Positions 1 through 11,883 of a DNA stretch of 43,405 nucleotides are shown here, in pieces (positions within the stretch are counted from its first letter, which is position 1; every line of letters begins with the position of its first letter). A program made the translations under genes and the position numbers. The stretch comes from Octopus bimaculoides (Eukaryota), in contig NC_069005.1 in NCBI RefSeq assembly GCF_001194135.2, forward strand, positions 10,278,829 to 10,322,233, written 5' to 3'. Under the pieces are notes generated by a model. It worked only from the letters and a program-made list of their open reading frames with translations. It was not told where the DNA came from and made no database searches.

Positions 1-84
1 ATACACATACATATATATACACATACATATATATACACATACATATATATACACATACATATATATACACATACATATATATAC

Positions 85-138
<54 letters not shown>

Positions 139-270
139 ACATATATATACACACATATATATACACACATATATATACACACATATATATACACATATAT
201 ATACATATATATACACACATATATATACACATATATATACATATATATACACATATATACACATATATAT
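1..270. repeat. Compound TA/CA microsatellite
   Basis: Degenerate atatatacac/atac units throughout. Confidence 0.95.
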
Positions 271-271
271 G

Positions 272-524
272 GGTAATCTTCAAGTCTAGGGGGATAAAAA
301 AAATAAATAAAAATATTCAAGGGAAATAACTGAACGACTTACCAGTATTATCCGTTTTCTTCTAGCTGTTTATAAATAAATCACATCCTAACCCTAACGT
401 CAATCAAATCAAGTGTGTGATTTATTTATAAACAGAGATGTACGGAGAATACTGGTAAGACGTTCAGTTACTTCCCTTGAATATTTTTATTTATTTTTTT
501 ATCCCCCTAGACTTGAAGATTACC
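272..524. mobile_element. Palindromic MITE / foldback element in a (TA)n tract
   Basis: Outer arms (about 78 bp, ggtaatcttcaagtctaggggg...) are reverse complements with 2 mismatches; inner 20-bp arm ctgtttataaataaatcaca is perfect; loop has cctaaccctaac. Confidence 0.85.
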
Positions 525-550
525 ATATATATGTATATATGTATTGCGTG

Positions 551-770
551 TATATGTTTGTGTCTCTGTTTGTCCCCCCAAAATCGCTTGACAACCGATG
601 TTGGTGTGTTTAGGTCCCCGTAACTTAGCGGTTCGGGCAAAGAGACCGATAGAATAAGTACTAGGCTTCCAAAGAATAAGTCCTGGGGTCGATTTTATTC
701 GACTAAAGGCGGTGCTCCAGCATGACCACAGTCAAATGACTGAAACAAGTAAAAAAAAAATAAAGAGTAA
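551..770 (+). mobile_element. SINE family A (CORE-type, OR2-like), 3' half
   Basis: Matches the 3' half of the full copy at 30791-31180 (cgcttgacaaccgatg...ggtgctccagcatg...tgactgaaacaagtaaaa). Confidence 0.9.
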
Positions 771-835
771 GTCCGACTAACATGATTTCTTCTAGAAACT
801 GGGAGAAGCAGAGAGAAATAAGAATTAAAATTTAC

Positions 836-924
836 AGGACTCGAAAGGTTCGAAGGCAAAGCTTTCTTTCTCGTTGTTCGAACACAGAGTGGAGAGATTT
901 GGAAGGATTACGGTAAGGTGAACA
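836..924 (-). CDS. Weak candidate exon, phase-compatible with 3914-4068
   Basis: Acceptor ttcttcatattag, donor gtaaat; open as (H)VHLTVILPNLSTLCSNNEKESFAFEPFES. The same DNA also parses as a plus-strand 838-912 exon, so it is ambiguous. Confidence 0.2.
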
Positions 925-1261
925 CTAATATGAAGAACGAACCACTCGGCTAATTCACGATATTAAGGCATATATGAATTAGCCAAACTTAAAAAGTTAA
1001 ATTAGCTGCAAATGCTATGACGCATGTAATTAACAATAATTGAAAATGTTTAAAAGACAATAATGTTTTGTGTGCTAAACGAAGTTGGTAAGAATGTAAG
1101 TATTTCACTAATGAAAGAAAGGAATTACAATACATGTAACTACAAATTTCAGATAATTTGCGTAGGAAGGGTAATAAATTAACCATATTTCTGTATAAAA
1201 TTATCTAACAACATTTTATAGATAGATAGTTAGATAGATATACAGAGAGATAGCACTACAA

Positions 1262-1312
<51 letters not shown>

Positions 1313-1579
1313 NNNNNNNNNNNNNNNNNNNNNNNNNNNNNNNNNNNNNNNNNNNNNNNNNNNNNNNNNNNNNNNNNNNNNNNNNNNNNNNNNNNNNNNN
1401 NNNNNNNNNNNNNNNNNNNNNNNNNNNNNNNNNNNNNNNNNNNNNNNNNNNNNNNNNNNNNNNNNNNNNNNNNNNNNNNNNNNNNNNNNNNNNNNNNNNN
1501 NNNNNNNNNNNNNNNNNNNNNNNNNNNNNNNNNNNNAATTGCGGAGTTGAAATTGGAGTAGTTGAAGTTGCCGTTGTTA

Positions 1580-2008
1580 TCATTGGAGTGCCTCTTGGTA
1601 GACAACATTCTTCGTCCTTCCCTCGGGTGCACAAATAGAAAGACCATGGGGACAGCCAACGTACAATTGTGCGTGTTAGAATACTTGCTCTGTCAGTTTC
1701 AAACCAACCGCTTGCACTGATTGTCCCTGCGCCTTGTTGATTGTTATGGGAAAGCAGAGTCTGATGGGAAATTGCATCTGTTTAAACTTGTAGATCGTAT
1801 CGGAGTGGGTAAGGGACATGGGAGTTATAAGTATGTCTTAGCCAGCGGCCGGTTCATTCAAGATTGTTGCCTACAGAACTCGGGAGCACAATTTTTTGAT
1901 AATCATCCGTGTACTATTGCACATTATTGGAGCATCTAAATTCTTTAGCAGTATGATTGGCGCGCCGACTTTCAGATGCAGTTCGTGAGCTGGTAGTTCT
2001 GCGGGTCC
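1580..2008 (-). pseudogene. Helitron PIF1-like helicase C-terminal fragment, inactivated
   Basis: Manual translation: PAHELHLKVGAPIILLKNLD...CNSTR...QFPIRLCFPITINKAQGQSV...VF*HAQLYVGC...EGRTKNVVYQEALQ*. Carries PIF1 helicase motifs; three internal stops. Confidence 0.9.
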
Positions 2009-2555
2009 CCCCCCCCCTTTTGTCAGATTTGTCATGTGCCGGCCGGTCTATCTNNNNNNNNNNCCCCCCCCTTTTGTCAGATTTGTCATGTGCCGGCCGG
2101 TCTATCTCAGATACATGGGAAGCTGGATTAAATTTTTCATCAACACAGGGGAGCCGAAATAAATGTTTTCAATGTCCAAGGGAAGCCTAATTGCGAAAAA
2201 TTTGAGAAATGCTGATCTATAACGATGGTTTTTATTTAGGCACATCGTAAAAGTAATTATAGTGAATTGCTTAATATAAAGAAAAGTATGTTTTTTCAAG
2301 CAAATACAGTTATAAAAAAATTTACCACAAGGAGAAAGAAACAAAAATAAAATAACACTTGTCAAAATTTTTTTTTCTAAAAACGTTCAATGACGTTAAC
2401 TGGAGTGTGGGGTTCGAGTAGACGTCATTCCACCTTTTGATTTATCATTACCATTCTTTTCGTTCGATTTTATTTTTCCTCCACTTTTATGCTTTTTTTT
2501 TGTCCTTCTGTTGTTCCCTTTGTGTTTCGACCCTGTGTGGTTAATAAAAAAATTA

Positions 2556-2911
2556 AGTCGTCAGGTATGTATATGTATATGTAGATGTGTATGCGTGCGT
2601 ATGTGTGTGTGTGTTTAATAACGTACCGTATATAGTATGTCTGTACTTTTGTATGCAGTATAAATTAAGGAAATAGAAGCACTTGTACATAGAGACAAAT
2701 AATTTTATATTTTACTTGCCAACCTTGCAACTGCTGCGATAAGTATTAATTGGTAATGGATCGGTAAATGTGTATTGTTTTAAAGGAAATGAAAATAAAT
2801 TTCGTATTGACACTTCACGCATGTCAGTCGTCGGGTATGTATGCGTAGGTCTATGAGCGTTTAATAATGTACCGTGATAATATGTCTGTATTTTCGTATG
2901 CAGTGTAAATT
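2556..2911. repeat. Diverged direct repeat (about 2556-2668 and 2827-2911)
   Basis: gtcgtc(a/g)ggtatgtat...tttaataa(c/t)gtaccgt...tatgtctgta...gtatgcagt(a/g)taaattaa occurs twice. Confidence 0.75.
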
Positions 2912-3129
2912 AATCCCCACAAAATTACAGTATCGAAATTTGATTGTTTCAGTTTGGATACTGAGATAATGGAAAAGTTTCATTTTTAAAGTGAAAGTAT
3001 TTGACATGAGTGTTTTTGTTTCACTTTTGACACGTAATACTTAAATAGTGGAGGAGATATTATGTTGCTGTGGGCTCGAAATATACAAGAAGTTAAAAGT
3101 TTTTTTGACTAAAACACAACCGGGACGCT

Positions 3130-3227
3130 AAGTAAGGCATGTGTAAAATTTGAATGAAATTGGTTTCGTAGTCCTGGAGTTTTAGAGATTCACACACACA
3201 CACACACACACAGACATACATTCTCAT
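3130..3227 (+). mobile_element. Possible non-autonomous Helitron/HINE-like fragment
   Basis: catgtgtaaaatttgaatgaaattgg...ctggagtttagagatt followed by (CA)n; recalled resemblance to invertebrate HINE 3' ends; truncated by a gap. Confidence 0.3.
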
Positions 3228-3523
3228 NNNNNNNNNNNNNNNNNNNNNNNNNNNNNNNNNNNNNNNNNNNNNNNNNNNNNNNNNNNNNNNNNNNNNNNNN
3301 NNNNNNNNNNNNNNNNNNNNNNNNNNNNNNNNNNNNNNNNNNNNNNNNNNNNNNNNNNNNNNNNNNNNNNNCAAGAATATAATTATTCGTTTATATTTAT
3401 ATATGGGCATTACTACAGAATAACGCCACACAACAGACTTCCCAAATAAACACATTTTAGTACCGAATGCGAGGAAAAGCAACCCTCAAAAGAAACCAAC
3501 TTTAAAAATAAAAAAAAACTCAA

Positions 3524-3589
3524 CTATGTATCGACCGATTTCACGATTACCAGAATGAAATCTAGTTTCCGTTCGTCAGCATAATATAG
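3524..3589 (-). ncRNA. Minimal type-I hammerhead-like motif
   Basis: CUGACGA core, stem II closed by acg/cgt, GAAA, short AUCGGU stem III, GUC triplet; imperfect stem I with G-G at the first pair. Confidence 0.5.
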
Positions 3590-3793
3590 TACCAAATATA
3601 TATAAATAAACAAAATCCTCACCTTACCAAAATGAACACCTTATGTATCCGACAAAGCAAAGGGAATGATGTTTATCTATATACATCTCTTCAAAAAAAA
3701 GAAGTCAGCCCTCCCATCGGTCGCTTGTAGTAGTAAACACGTTTGACCTCTACTGACCGTAAGGGTGTGACGCTTTTTTGCTTCCTGATCGCA

Positions 3794-3866
3794 CTACTAC
3801 TGCTGCTACAGCTGCTGCTACTACTACTACTACTACTACTACTGCTACTACTAATAATTATAACAA
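3794..3866. repeat. Compound (ACT)/(GCT)/(AAT) microsatellite
   Basis: Direct inspection. Confidence 0.9.
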
Positions 3867-3913
3867 TGATAGTAGTGATTTTCCTGGAGACAAATACAAA
3901 TGCATTTACATAC

Positions 3914-4068
3914 TGCTGACAGAGCATGTACAATGCCGTTACCAGTTCTACCAACCATGGATATACCCCATAGAACCCGTTTCGTTCGTAGAACGCGTTC
4001 ATCAGTGGCCTTAAGGTCTGACGTTGAGCTCGAAAAGTCTTTAAATCAGCACCAACCTCTTCAAGAAC
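3914..4068 (-). CDS. Candidate internal coding exon, unidentified protein
   Basis: Acceptor tttgatttgctacag, donor gtatgt; 155 nt; only phase 0 is open (VLEEVGADLKTFRAQRQTLRPLMNAFYERNGFYGVYPWLVELVTALYMLCQ); higher GC than flanks. Confidence 0.5.
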
Positions 4069-4087
4069 CTGTAGCAAATCAAACCAG

Positions 4088-4408
4088 GGATATTCCCTAA
4101 CCACTAAGCCACGGCTCCCAATCGTACAATCGTGAGTTCAATTCCTGGAGACGCGTTGTGTCCTTGAGCAAGACACTTTATTTCACGTTGCTCCAGTCCA
4201 CTCAGCTAGCAAAAATTAGTAGTACCTGTATTTCAAAGGGCCAGCTTTGTCACACTTTGTGTTATGCTGAATAATCTCCCTGAGAACTACGTTAAGAATA
4301 CACGTGTCTGTGGAGTGCTCAGCCACTTGCACGTTAATTTCACGAGCAAGCTGTTCCATAGATCGTATCACCTGTGACCCTGGTCGTCGTAACCGACGTA
4401 GTGTTCCC
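4088..4408 (+). mobile_element. SINE family C (tRNA head, gtgtccttgagcaagacact core, tail 1)
   Basis: B-box gagttcaattcc; 3' tail shared with 14041-14225; A-box segment is inverted. Confidence 0.85.
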
Positions 4409-4704
4409 CATATATATATATATAGATAATGCAATAAAGTGTTCTCTGAAGATCAGTCGTGGTTGAGCGTTTATATGCGTTCAGAACATCTATCGCAAGG
4501 CTCCGAAGAACCATAATGCGGAAACGCGTGTAGAAACTTTAATAATCTGGCATTCATATTTATCTTTGTGTAGCTTATAACTGGTAACACTTCCAAGTGT
4601 GATTGTTAATTAACAGCTATACAGAAAGCAAACTGGGTTATGTAAATCTATCTGGAGCTCTAAGCATAACGGTTGCAGCCGTACTTCTACTTCTACAACA
4701 CATA

Positions 4705-4747
<43 letters not shown>

Positions 4748-5782
4748 AAGTCTTTCATTATTGCAATAGACTGAAAAGAAAATTTGGAGGAACATCAGTA
4801 GATGCTTATAAATATAAAAGAAAAAAATTATGATACACGACTTACAATTAATAAAAAGCGAACCTTATACGTGACTGTTAAACGGTAAAGACGTTGTCAA
4901 TAAAATTTTAGCTATTGGCAAAAAGAAATTTGGAATGTGAAGAAGAAAGTTATTATTAAGTTATAAAAAAATTATATGTATGAGCATATAAATTGAAGTG
5001 AGTGCCACACTCTACACAAACGGTGCTGTATGAATAAAATCCCCCATTTGAAATAAAATTGGAATCTATGTTAAAATTCTGTCTATTGAGAAAAATGTGT
5101 GACTTAAAAGCGGAAAAATTATTAAATACAGATCGCTAAATAATCATGAATATATGAAGATGGTAGTCCTTGTGGGATTAACATGAAAGAAATAGGAGTG
5201 AGGCTTTCTTAGATAATTATCAAAGATATATAAAGATATGTAAAGTGGTAGAGATAACATGCAAATCTCCTGATGACACAAATCGATAGAAAAAATGTGA
5301 TTCGATTAAATAGAAATAGTAAAAATATATTAACAAGTGAAATAGACGTAAACAAATGAACGAACGAAAATATATTTGTGTGCGCGATTGTGTGCATATG
5401 TGTGTGTCAGTGATGTATTTATATATACGTATATATTTAAGTATGCATGTTGTATGTATATATGTATGCATATATATCTTTATATATATATATATATATA
5501 TATACATATATATGTATATATAAATCGTATGCAAAGGTACATACATACGTCCATACATAAATCCTTACATATATATATNNNNNNNNNNNNNNNNNNNNNN
5601 NNNNNNNNNNNNNNNNNNNNNNNNNNNNNNNNNNNNNNNNNNNNNNNNNNNNNNNNNNNNNNNNNNNNNNNNNNNNNNNNNNNNNNNNNNNNNNNNNNNN
5701 NNNNNNNNNNNNNNNNNNNNNNNNNNNNNNNNNNNNNNNNNNNNNNNNNNNNNNNNNNNNNNNNNNNNNNNNNNNNNNNNNN

Positions 5783-5813
<31 letters not shown>

Positions 5814-6645
5814 GTATATGTATGTATGTATGTATGTATATGCATACAGAAATAGAGGGAGAGATGCAGAAAAGCTGAAAATATATTTCTTTTGAAAGGT
5901 ATCAAAAATTGATGTCAGACGAATAAAAAGATTTATTTAAAGAAGGCAGTAGTGATAAATCAACAATTAAGTTGAAAAAAAAAATAGAATCGTGAAGTGC
6001 TGGAGTTGCGAGAGAACGTTTGGTGAGAAAAAAAAATAATCAAATAAAAATGGAAAAATATTAATGAAACCATAAGGAATAGAGATCTGTCAGTAACGGA
6101 TTGAATAATTAAAGAAAGAAAAAAACATTTATTTAATTCGGAGGTTTAGTTGCCATACAAGTGATATGATATGAGACCCTATGTTAAACCAAGACAGTTA
6201 CACCGTTGAAAAGATATATTTAGCTGTTCAAAAACACGCAAACACTGTTGGCGTCACTTAAACATTTATTATTTGATAGTAAAATCTTCATTGCTCCAAT
6301 TTTGGCCTGGTCACTGACTCGGTTGCACTGCAACTGGTTTGAATGGAAGTTGTTAGTTAGTGCATATAGATTTCAAGGTTGTAAATATAATTTTATCAAT
6401 ATAGGTCAGTGGTTCTGGGTGCCATTTCTCAATACCTGTAGACGATCGGTTAAAACTGTAAACGTTTGTATTTCACGTCTTCCTTTTTCTTATTTCTTTC
6501 AGTGGGGGTCTCTTCGGCATAGGGAAGTTCTGCAAGTTAGAAATGATCTCAAAGAAGAGAAATTGCCAACCCAGGACCACAAAACAGACACAATACAGAG
6601 AAAGGCTGACACAGACTGTATAAGACAGTAGAAGCAGAATTAGCA

Positions 6646-6753
<108 letters not shown>

Positions 6754-6829
6754 AGACTTTATTTTTGTTCAGGTTTTGGAACAATTGTCAATGTTGATAA
6801 AATAAATTTTGAAAAGGTGTGTGATTAAA

Positions 6830-7140
6830 TTTTTATAACGAAATTAGGCAGAGCTGGTGTTTCTGTGGTACAATGACTTTGTTCTTTCGCCAAACAGCTT
6901 CCTTTGAAGAGGTCTGAATTAGCCCCTATACAATTACAATATTGTATGGACAATTATAAGTTTTGGTAGGATTACAATTAGGGGTTTTGCTTTAAGTAAT
7001 TTCAAATTTGGACGGAGTACAATTAACGAATTTTGGTGCAACGTCATGCTTGATTGAATAAGAGTATTTAGTATTTTTTGGCATTTTTTTCATTAAGTTA
7101 TTTATGATTAAAGAAGAAATGCTTGTGTTAGAGTTAAACT
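6830..7140 (-). mobile_element. Highly decayed Penelope-like GIY-YIG region (tentative)
   Basis: Frameshifted peptides NCNPTKTYNCP and CIGANSDLFKG in the order expected for PLE CNC..CP and YIG..TFK motifs. Confidence 0.3.
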
Positions 7141-7827
7141 AATGCATATACATTGTGGTAGAACTTTTGAGTTCAAAGTTGAATTACACTCTCTACATCT
7201 CTTTATCTTAAATTGAAAGATGTTAATGAAGTGTTTAAGCTTGTTCCCGTCTTAAAATTTAGCCAACAATATCGACTACAGTGTCAAATATTAAATTCAT
7301 TAAAACCATGTTTATTAATTCAGTCGAAAGTCTGAACGTAACGTTTTGAACTAATAATTTTAGGATGGTTAGATAGTTTGTGAATATATTTTAGCTTTTC
7401 ATTAGAGTTGTATTTCTGCTTTTGGTTGCATATTATAAGTTATTGAGGTTCAGAGTGGCATCAGCAAATTCGTTGACTTGTAAACGTTTTCCTGTCCTGT
7501 GTATCATATATGATATATAATACATATTTCCCTGCTGTCCATGCATCGTATATGATACACATTTCCAATGTTTTCAACCACCAGTGAAAATTGGGACTTA
7601 TGAAAAGAAAGTTTTATATTATTCAGAACGTATGAGACAAATTGTAACTAATAGTCTGAAAACAAACCTGGGCGTTAATGATAAACTTATGAAAATGCTT
7701 TGGACAGGAAAATGGCTAACGAAAAAGTAACTCAGCTCTGTATTATGCTCAGAATGGCCGAATCCCGGTATCCCAGGCTTGTCCTGTGCAAGTGTTATTT
7801 ACAAAGTTGTAGGTCAGTAGAAACTGT

Positions 7828-7828
<1 letters not shown>

Positions 7829-7882
<54 letters not shown>
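7829..7882. repeat. (GATA)n microsatellite
   Basis: Direct inspection. Confidence 0.95.
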
Positions 7883-7883
<1 letters not shown>

Positions 7884-8805
7884 GGGAGAGAGGGAATGTG
7901 GTAGTTACGAGATAGAGTGAGAGAGACAGAGAGATTTGGTGATCGATTACTGAGAAAGTATTAAGTTGTTAGACAATAACAGAAAGGAAAAGACACATAT
8001 CAAAAAGAGAGAGAGAAATATGAAAATGAAATGAAAGAACGAGATAAATATAAGTGTAACGGAAGGATTAGAATGCACAAATTGAAGAAATGGGCGACAT
8101 CAACTTATTCTCTCGAAGAAGAATTAAAGCAATTTTGAAATAGCAAATAAGAAAAAGAAAATTATGCCGAGAGATTGTGGCCTCTGTAACGGAGACTACT
8201 GTATGGAGAAGGTTAGTAAAATATCGATATCGTGCTATATATTGAAGTCCAGATATCGATGTAGGTTGGCACGGAATGTTGTGTGTTCAACAGCGGATTC
8301 AAGAATGCCACTCTTTGTAAACCCTTAAAAAGCGAAGAGTTCGTTGAGTGTAAAGCGAAACCGTGAGACGTTGTTTCCTGTTCCGTTGTTTTGGAATTTC
8401 TTCTTTCTTCTTTTTTTTTGTCTTTTCTTTCATATAAAAAAAACCATTTCCTGAACTTGCTTCAACAGTGAAACAAGTAGTTGTGATTTTGGTGGTGCCG
8501 GTGGCAACGGCGGATGTGGTAGCGGTGGTGGTGGTGGATGTGATGGAGGAGGCGGCGATGGTGACGGCAGGGGCATTGACGGTGGCGGGGGCAGCAGTGG
8601 CAGTTTAGGTGGTAGTGATGGTGGTGGTTCTATGTTGTTGTTCCACCTGCTAGATGTAAGATGTCGAATTTCCTTCAAANNNNNNNNNNNNNNNNNNNNN
8701 NNNNNNNNNNNNNNNNNNNNNNNNNNNNNNNNNNNNNNNNNNNNNNNNNNNNNNNNNNNNNNNNNNNNNNNNNNNNNNNNNNNNNNNNNNNNNNNNNNNN
8801 NNNNN

Positions 8806-8910
8806 GACTCCAAAAGGATGAGAGGCGGCGTTAACCATGGTGTCATTTGAAATCAGGACCTAACGACGGACGAAATGCCACCGAGCATTTTATCAGGCGG
8901 CCTTTTAACG
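8806..8910 (-). mobile_element. SINE family B (OR1-like) partial, next to a gap
   Basis: aaaggatga...atttgaa...gacggacgaaatgcc...agcatttt matches 18371-18588. Confidence 0.75.
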
Positions 8911-8994
8911 AAAATTCTAAGAAAAAAATAAATAAAATAAACGAAATTTTACTGCCATATAAAGCACAGTTTCTCCTACGCACGGTGTCTAAAT

Positions 8995-9270
8995 GAGAGA
9001 GAGAGGGGGAGAAAGAGAGAGAGAAAGACAGAAAGGGAAAGAGAGAGAAAGAGAGAAAGGGAAAGAGAGAGAAAGAGAGAAAGGGAAAGAGAGAGAAAGA
9101 GAGAAAAAAGACAGACAGATTGAAACAGAAAGAGAGGGACAGAGAAAGAGACAGAGTGACTGAGAGAGTGTGATAGTGTCAGAGAGACAGTAAGACAGAC
9201 AGACGGAAAAACAGACGTAGACAGGTGGACAGACTAACAGACAGACAGATAGACAGACAAACAGAGAGTC
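8995..9270. repeat. GA-rich minisatellite (gagagagaaagggaaa) plus (GACA)n
   Basis: Direct inspection. Confidence 0.9.
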
Positions 9271-10000
9271 AGAGCCAGAGAGCGATGGAAATAATATAAC
9301 ATGTCAAAGACCACCATAAGAAAGAAAATGGCGTAAATGGTTGCTAGTGTTATGTGTATTAAAGTAGAGAATATTGAAGAAAGTTGATGGAAATAGAGAG
9401 AGTGGGGGGAAGAGAGAACGAGAGAACAAGAGTGGGAGAGAATCAGAAAGAGAATGAGTTTTGTTGTTTGATGTTATCTCACGTTTATACATTAATAAAG
9501 GAATGAGGAATTCGTTCGTTCATCATAACAATTTCTTTTGACATTCAAAACTCCTCGTACATTCACTGTACTAGTGATTCTGTATACATATATATATGTA
9601 TATATGTATATATATAGATGTGTGTGTAAGTATGTATGTATGGATAATGTATATGTGTATATGTGTGTGTGAATGTATAGGTGTGTGAGCGTGTCTGTGC
9701 GCCCGTCCTCTCGTCCGTCCGTGCTTTGAACATAACGCAGTCCGTGTAGCGATTGGGTTGATGTCGTTTATGCACACATACGGTGCACCCACTCCTCCAC
9801 ACACCCACCTACAGACCTACTTACATACCTACATACATACACACATACATGCGTACGTACATACACGGACGCATACATAGAGGCGTACACACAACCATTC
9901 GCAGATCGCAGGACACAAAAAGCACGACGTCCATTGAAACACTTCCTATACACACACACACACACACACATATGTATATATATACATACATATACATGTA

Positions 10001-10039
<39 letters not shown>

Positions 10040-10890
10040 NNNNNNNNNNNNNNNNNNNNNNNNNNNNNNNNNNNNNNNNNNNNNNNNNNNNNNNNNNNNN
10101 NNNNNNNNNNNNNNNNNNNNNNNNNNNNNNNNNNNNNNNNNNNNNNNNNNNNNNNNNNNNNNNNNNNNNNNNNNNNNNNNNNNNNNNNNNNNNNNNNNNN
10201 NNNNNNNNNNNNNNNNNNNNNNNNNNNNNNNNNNNNNNNNNNNNNNNNNNNNNNNNNNNNNNNNNNNNNNNNNNNNNNNNNNNNNNNNNNNNNNNNNNNN
10301 NNNNNNNNNNNNNNNNNNNNNNNNNNNNNNNNNNNNNNNNNNNNNNNNNNNNNNNNNNNNNNNNNNNNNNNNNNNNNNNNNNNNNNNNNNNNNNNNNNNN
10401 NNNNNNNNNNNNNNNNNNNNNNNNNNNNNNNNNNNNNNNNNNNNNNNNNNNNNNNNNNNNNNNNNNNNNNNNNNNNNNNNNNNNNNNNNNNNNNNNNNNN
10501 NNNNNNNNNNNNNNNNNNNNNNNNNNNNNNNNNNNNNNNNNNNNNNNNNNNNNNGATCTCATATATATATATATTCGTATATATACGTATATATATATAT
10601 GTATATATATATTGAGTCCTTACAAACGAAGTGTGACAAAGAATATTGTCTCTATCACATTTTCCCCCGATCACACGTCACACATAATCATCAGCTAGGT
10701 CTAAAAACGTTATGAAGGTATTATCATCTTCAAGGCTATGATGTTACAGCGGATATAATATATAATGCCATTCCTAAGCAGAGCATTGACAGGAGATAGG
10801 CGTTACGAAGAGCACCAGAGTGGAATTTGATCACAAGGAATATTGCAATCAAAACTTTCTATCAAACGTAAACAGTATCATCTGAATAGC

Positions 10891-10957
10891 AATGAAGATG
10901 ATGATGACGACGACGACGATGATGACAATCATGATGATGGCGACGATAATAATAATA

Positions 10958-11015
<58 letters not shown>

Positions 11016-11021
11016 TAATAA
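10891..11021. repeat. (GAT)/(GAC)/(AAT) compound microsatellite
   Basis: Direct inspection. Confidence 0.95.
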
Positions 11022-11451
11022 TAAACGCAGAAGAAAACATTATCTGTTGCAATCTTGTCGTTGTAAGCTGACCAGCGGAAATGAATGATCTCGTAAGTGG
11101 TCCGCGGAAACTAAAACATTCTAAGGTAGTTGATTTAAGATTGTATACCTTCTATATATCCCAGGTGTAGTTTCTTATTTCTGCTTGGCTACCTTACTGA
11201 ACGGCAAATTTGTAACTGAGTAATACCATATGAACGCATAAAAAAAAAAATAATAAGTTTCGCTTAGCATATCTAATGTGGAAATTACTAACACTGCAGC
11301 TAGAAAAAAATATACGATGAAAAAAAAAAGTAATGACAGACCGATTACTTCATCTGGCATGTTTGTTGTCCTTGTTCCGAAATTAGGAAGCTCAAATAAG
11401 CATCGGAGGTGCTTTGCTCCACAAAAAAATTACAGGAGGTACTCTTTTACT

Positions 11452-11664
11452 GTTTTACTCTTTTACTTGTTTCAGTCATTTGACTGCGGCCATGCTGGAG
11501 CACCACATTTAGTCGAGAAAATCGACCCCAGGACTTATTCTTTGTAAGCCTAGTACTTATTCTATCGGTCTCTTTTGCTGAACCGCTAATTTACGGGGAC
11601 GTAAACACACCAGCATCGGTTGTCAAGCGATGTTGGGGTGGGACAAACACAGACACACAAACAT

Positions 11665-11717
<53 letters not shown>

Positions 11718-11883
11718 TACGACGGGATTCTTTCAGTTTCCGTCTACCAAATCCAGTCACAAGGCTTTGGTCGGCCTGAGGCTATAGTAGAAGACACTTG
11801 CCCAAACTGCCACGCTTTGGGACTGAACCCGGAACCATGTGGTTGGTAAGAAAGCTACTTACCACACAGCCACTCCTGCACCT
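11452..11883 (-). mobile_element. SINE family A, full length
   Basis: Reverse complement of 30791-31180: tRNA head, CORE-like caccttgggcaagtgtcttctactatagcc, internal TA microsatellite, 3' tail. Confidence 0.95.

Noticed and set aside
2002-2105. Exact duplication of about 44 bp either side of a 10-N gap
   Set aside because: Most likely an unmerged contig overlap, i.e. an assembly artefact
3960-4025. CUGAUGA...GAAAC on the minus strand inside the candidate exon
   Set aside because: Four extra nucleotides before stem II and no stem I; treated as chance
4440-4490. ctgaaga followed by a small hairpin
   Set aside because: No GAAA after the stem
4850-5200. Possible LINE RT-like remnant
   Set aside because: Peptide similarity too weak to support
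7498-7561. 13-bp inverted repeat
   Set aside because: Explained by a decayed tandem duplication of an AT-rich palindrome
7710-7830. 39-codon ATG ORF with a gtcagt donor
   Set aside because: Short, unrecognised and expected by chance
8090-8260. Possible Tc1 HTH-like peptide (ETTVWRRL)
   Set aside because: Single weak motif, no TIRs
8430-8680. Proline-rich ORF
   Set aside because: Reverse complement of a degenerate (GGT)n tract
10650-10700. Minus-strand CUGAUGA...GAAA
   Set aside because: Stem II would require the core G8 and A9 to pair; no stem I or III
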